Assembly: GCA_002897635.1 (NCBI GenBank)
Contig: BDTD01000009.1
Coordinates: forward strand, 54,754 to 118,753
Direction: 5' to 3'
Length of the DNA: 64,000 bases
Source: a bacterium BMS3Abin11
GTDB taxonomy: Bacteria > Pseudomonadota > Gammaproteobacteria > BMS3Bbin11
Positions 62,529 to 64,000 of the stretch are shown in pieces. A model generated the notes under the pieces. The model did not search any database, was not told where the DNA came from, and worked only from the letters and a program-made list of their open reading frames with translations. The position numbers were made by a program, and so were the translations under genes. Numbering within the stretch: the stretch's first letter is position 1; the number at the start of each line of letters is the position of its first letter.

Positions 62529-63812
62529 TCACTCCGTCTTTTTAGTGTGGTGTATTAAATAACTGCTGATTTCAGTAAGCAGATTTTCTATAGGTACTGA
62601 AAATTGTATACCATTATCCAGCTGTTTTACCGTCACTGAATTTGTCTGTAATTCATTTTCACCAATTATTAATGCAAGTCGGGCTCCACTGCGATCGGCC
62701 TTTTTCAACTGACTTTTAAAACCTGTGCTGCCAATGTTGCTAATCACCGAAATACCCGCATCGCGCAGTTCCATTGCCAGTGATATACCAATTTCCAGGG
62801 CAGATTCTGAAGTTTGAACGATGTAAACATCCTGCCTTTCCCGGTTCTGACAAAGTTGCTCGATTGTCAACAATTCAACCAGCCGCTCCATGCCAATAGC
62901 AAAGCCTGCGGCGGGAGTCGATTTGCCACCCAGCTTCTCAACCAGCCCATCGTAACGTCCACCACCGCAGATGGCACTCTGGGCACCCAATTTATCGGAG
63001 GTCCACTCGAAAACGGTGCGGCTGTAATAATCGAGGCCACGTACCAGATTTGGGTTCCGAATAAAGCTAATCCCAAGCTTTCCCAGTAACAACTGGACCC
63101 GTTCAAAATGTTCTCTGGATGCATCATCCAGGTATTCAAGTATATCCGGGGCAGATCTGTTTAATTCAATGACAGCCTTGTCTTTGCTATCCAGGATACG
63201 CAACGGGTTTATTTCCAGACGACGCAGGGAATCAGCGTCCAGGCTGTCCCGGCTAGCCTGGTAGTAGTTGACCAGTGCATCACGGTATTCCATTCTAGAT
63301 TCTGGGCTACCAAGCGTATTTATTTCGAGCTTTACCCCAGTCAGTCTGAGTTTTCTCCATAACTGGCTGGTCATTGAAATAACTTCCACATCCAGATCGG
63401 CTTCGGCCATGCCGAAAGCTTCCACACCTATCTGATGAAACTGTCGATAGCGGCCTTTTTGCGGACGCTCATGACGAAACATAGGTCCGAAGTACCAGAC
63501 ACGCTGAATTGCGTTGTGCAACAGGCCATGCTGTAACATGGCACGCACTACCCCTGCTGTTGCTTCAGGTCTGAGAGACAGTTGATCACCATTTCTATCA
63601 TGAAATGTGTACATCTCCTTTTCAACAATATCAGTTGCTTTACCAATAGATCGCGCAAACAATTCCGTTTTCTCAACTACTGGAAGCCTGATCTCGCTGT
63701 AACCAAATTGATTGAAAACCACACTGGCCGTTTGTTCAAGGTGTTGCCAGCATGTTAAGTCATCGGGAAGCTGGTCATTCATACCCCGAATAGCCTGAAT
63801 GGAATTTGACAT
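62529..63812 (-). CDS. hisS: histidine--tRNA ligase
   Basis: Class II aaRS motifs (GMNDQLPDD..., R.E...GRYRQFHQ, GGGRYDGL), 427 aa. Confidence 0.95.
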   Translation of the reverse strand: MSNSIQAIRGMNDQLPDDLTCWQHLEQTASVVFNQFGYSEIRLPVVEKTELFARSIGKATDIVEKEMYTFHDRNGDQLSLRPEATAGVVRAMLQHGLLHNAIQRVWYFGPMFRHERPQKGRYRQFHQIGVEAFGMAEADLDVEVISMTSQLWRKLRLTGVKLEINTLGSPESRMEYRDALVNYYQASRDSLDADSLRRLEINPLRILDSKDKAVIELNRSAPDILEYLDDASREHFERVQLLLGKLGISFIRNPNLVRGLDYYSRTVFEWTSDKLGAQSAICGGGRYDGLVEKLGGKSTPAAGFAIGMERLVELLTIEQLCQNRERQDVYIVQTSESALEIGISLAMELRDAGISVISNIGSTGFKSQLKKADRSGARLALIIGENELQTNSVTVKQLDNGIQFSVPIENLLTEISSYLIHHTKKTE

Positions 63813-63816
63813 CTAT

Positions 63817-64000
63817 TTACTGGTTCACAGCTTCGCCAACAGTAAAACGCGCAAACACACCTCTGGTATGGGCTGGAATATCAATCGGTTTGCCGTTGAA
63901 TTTAACATTTACTCCCTGTGCAAAACCAAAAAATAATGATATAGGTAATTCCCCGGCAAGTGCGATCTTTTCACCTGCTTTCACTGTCCGGTAAAGTAGT
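63817..64000 (-). CDS. rodZ: cytoskeleton protein RodZ, C-terminal part (5' end outside window)
   Basis: C-terminal ...FNGKPIDIPAHTRGVFARFTVGEAVNQ* resembles the RodZ DUF4115 tail (E. coli [22 protein letters not shown]). Position upstream of hisS fits. No ispG between. Confidence 0.5.
   Translation of the reverse strand, partial: LLYRTVKAGEKIALAGELPISLFFGFAQGVNVKFNGKPIDIPAHTRGVFARFTVGEAVNQ

Overview
This 64-kb window looks like a low-to-moderate G+C gammaproteobacterial chromosome segment. Conserved housekeeping gene order runs through most of it. Between tRNA-Leu and guaA the core is interrupted by two compositionally distinct accessory regions. Taken together these two regions are the best candidate for an undescribed system in this window.

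Core blocks identified by protein motifs:
- an ABC ATPase fragment, a beta-barrel outer-membrane protein, pgi
- galU-radA-alr-dnaB
- rpsF-rpsR-rplI (no priB)
- cpdA, trmJ/suhB, mutS
- dsbC, a DAACS transporter, trxC, fcl, msrB
- pgpA-thiL-nusB-ribH-ribBA-ribE-ribD-nrdR
- glyA, secF-secD-yajC, tgt-queA
- guaBA/xseA, an M23 peptidase, der-bamB-yfgM-hisS-rodZ

Accessory region 1 (35.0-40.9 kb) is AT-rich and sits immediately 3' of tRNA-Leu(CAA). It encodes a GT2 polyprenyl-phosphate glycosyltransferase, a NodB-type deacetylase with a DUF3473-like tail, two large polytopic membrane proteins, and a divergently transcribed ArnT/PMT-type GT-C transferase. This resembles the Arn/Lgm lipid-carrier amino-sugar transfer systems but lacks ArnA/ArnB.

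Accessory region 2 (41.4-48.2 kb) has visibly higher G+C. It encodes a GT4-cupin fusion translationally coupled to a GH130 enzyme, a second GH130-like protein with a novel ~250-aa N-terminal extension, and a 789-aa GT4 fused to a C-terminal alpha/alpha-barrel-like domain. It is flanked by two decayed IS91-family (rolling-circle) transposase remnants and a Phd/ParE toxin-antitoxin pair. Between these lie a sugar-phosphate isomerase, about 630 bp of non-coding decay, and an orphan 38-codon ORF that is nothing but a PEP-CTERM sorting tail plus a terminator.

Other notable signals:
- an about 167-bp MITE-like family with TTAAGGGCRCCTCTA termini, in at least four copies plus solo ends, sitting exactly at gene boundaries
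- a second palindromic repeat family (TGTAGGTGCGAATTCATTCGCACA arms, two copies)
- a secreted beta-helix protein gene carrying C9 and C8 homopolymer tracts (candidate phase variation) with a partial tandem duplicate of its 3' end
- a 405-aa all-helical orphan protein

No CRISPR array, rRNA, integron or prophage was seen. All calls come from reading the sequence and from recalled family motifs. No database search was run.
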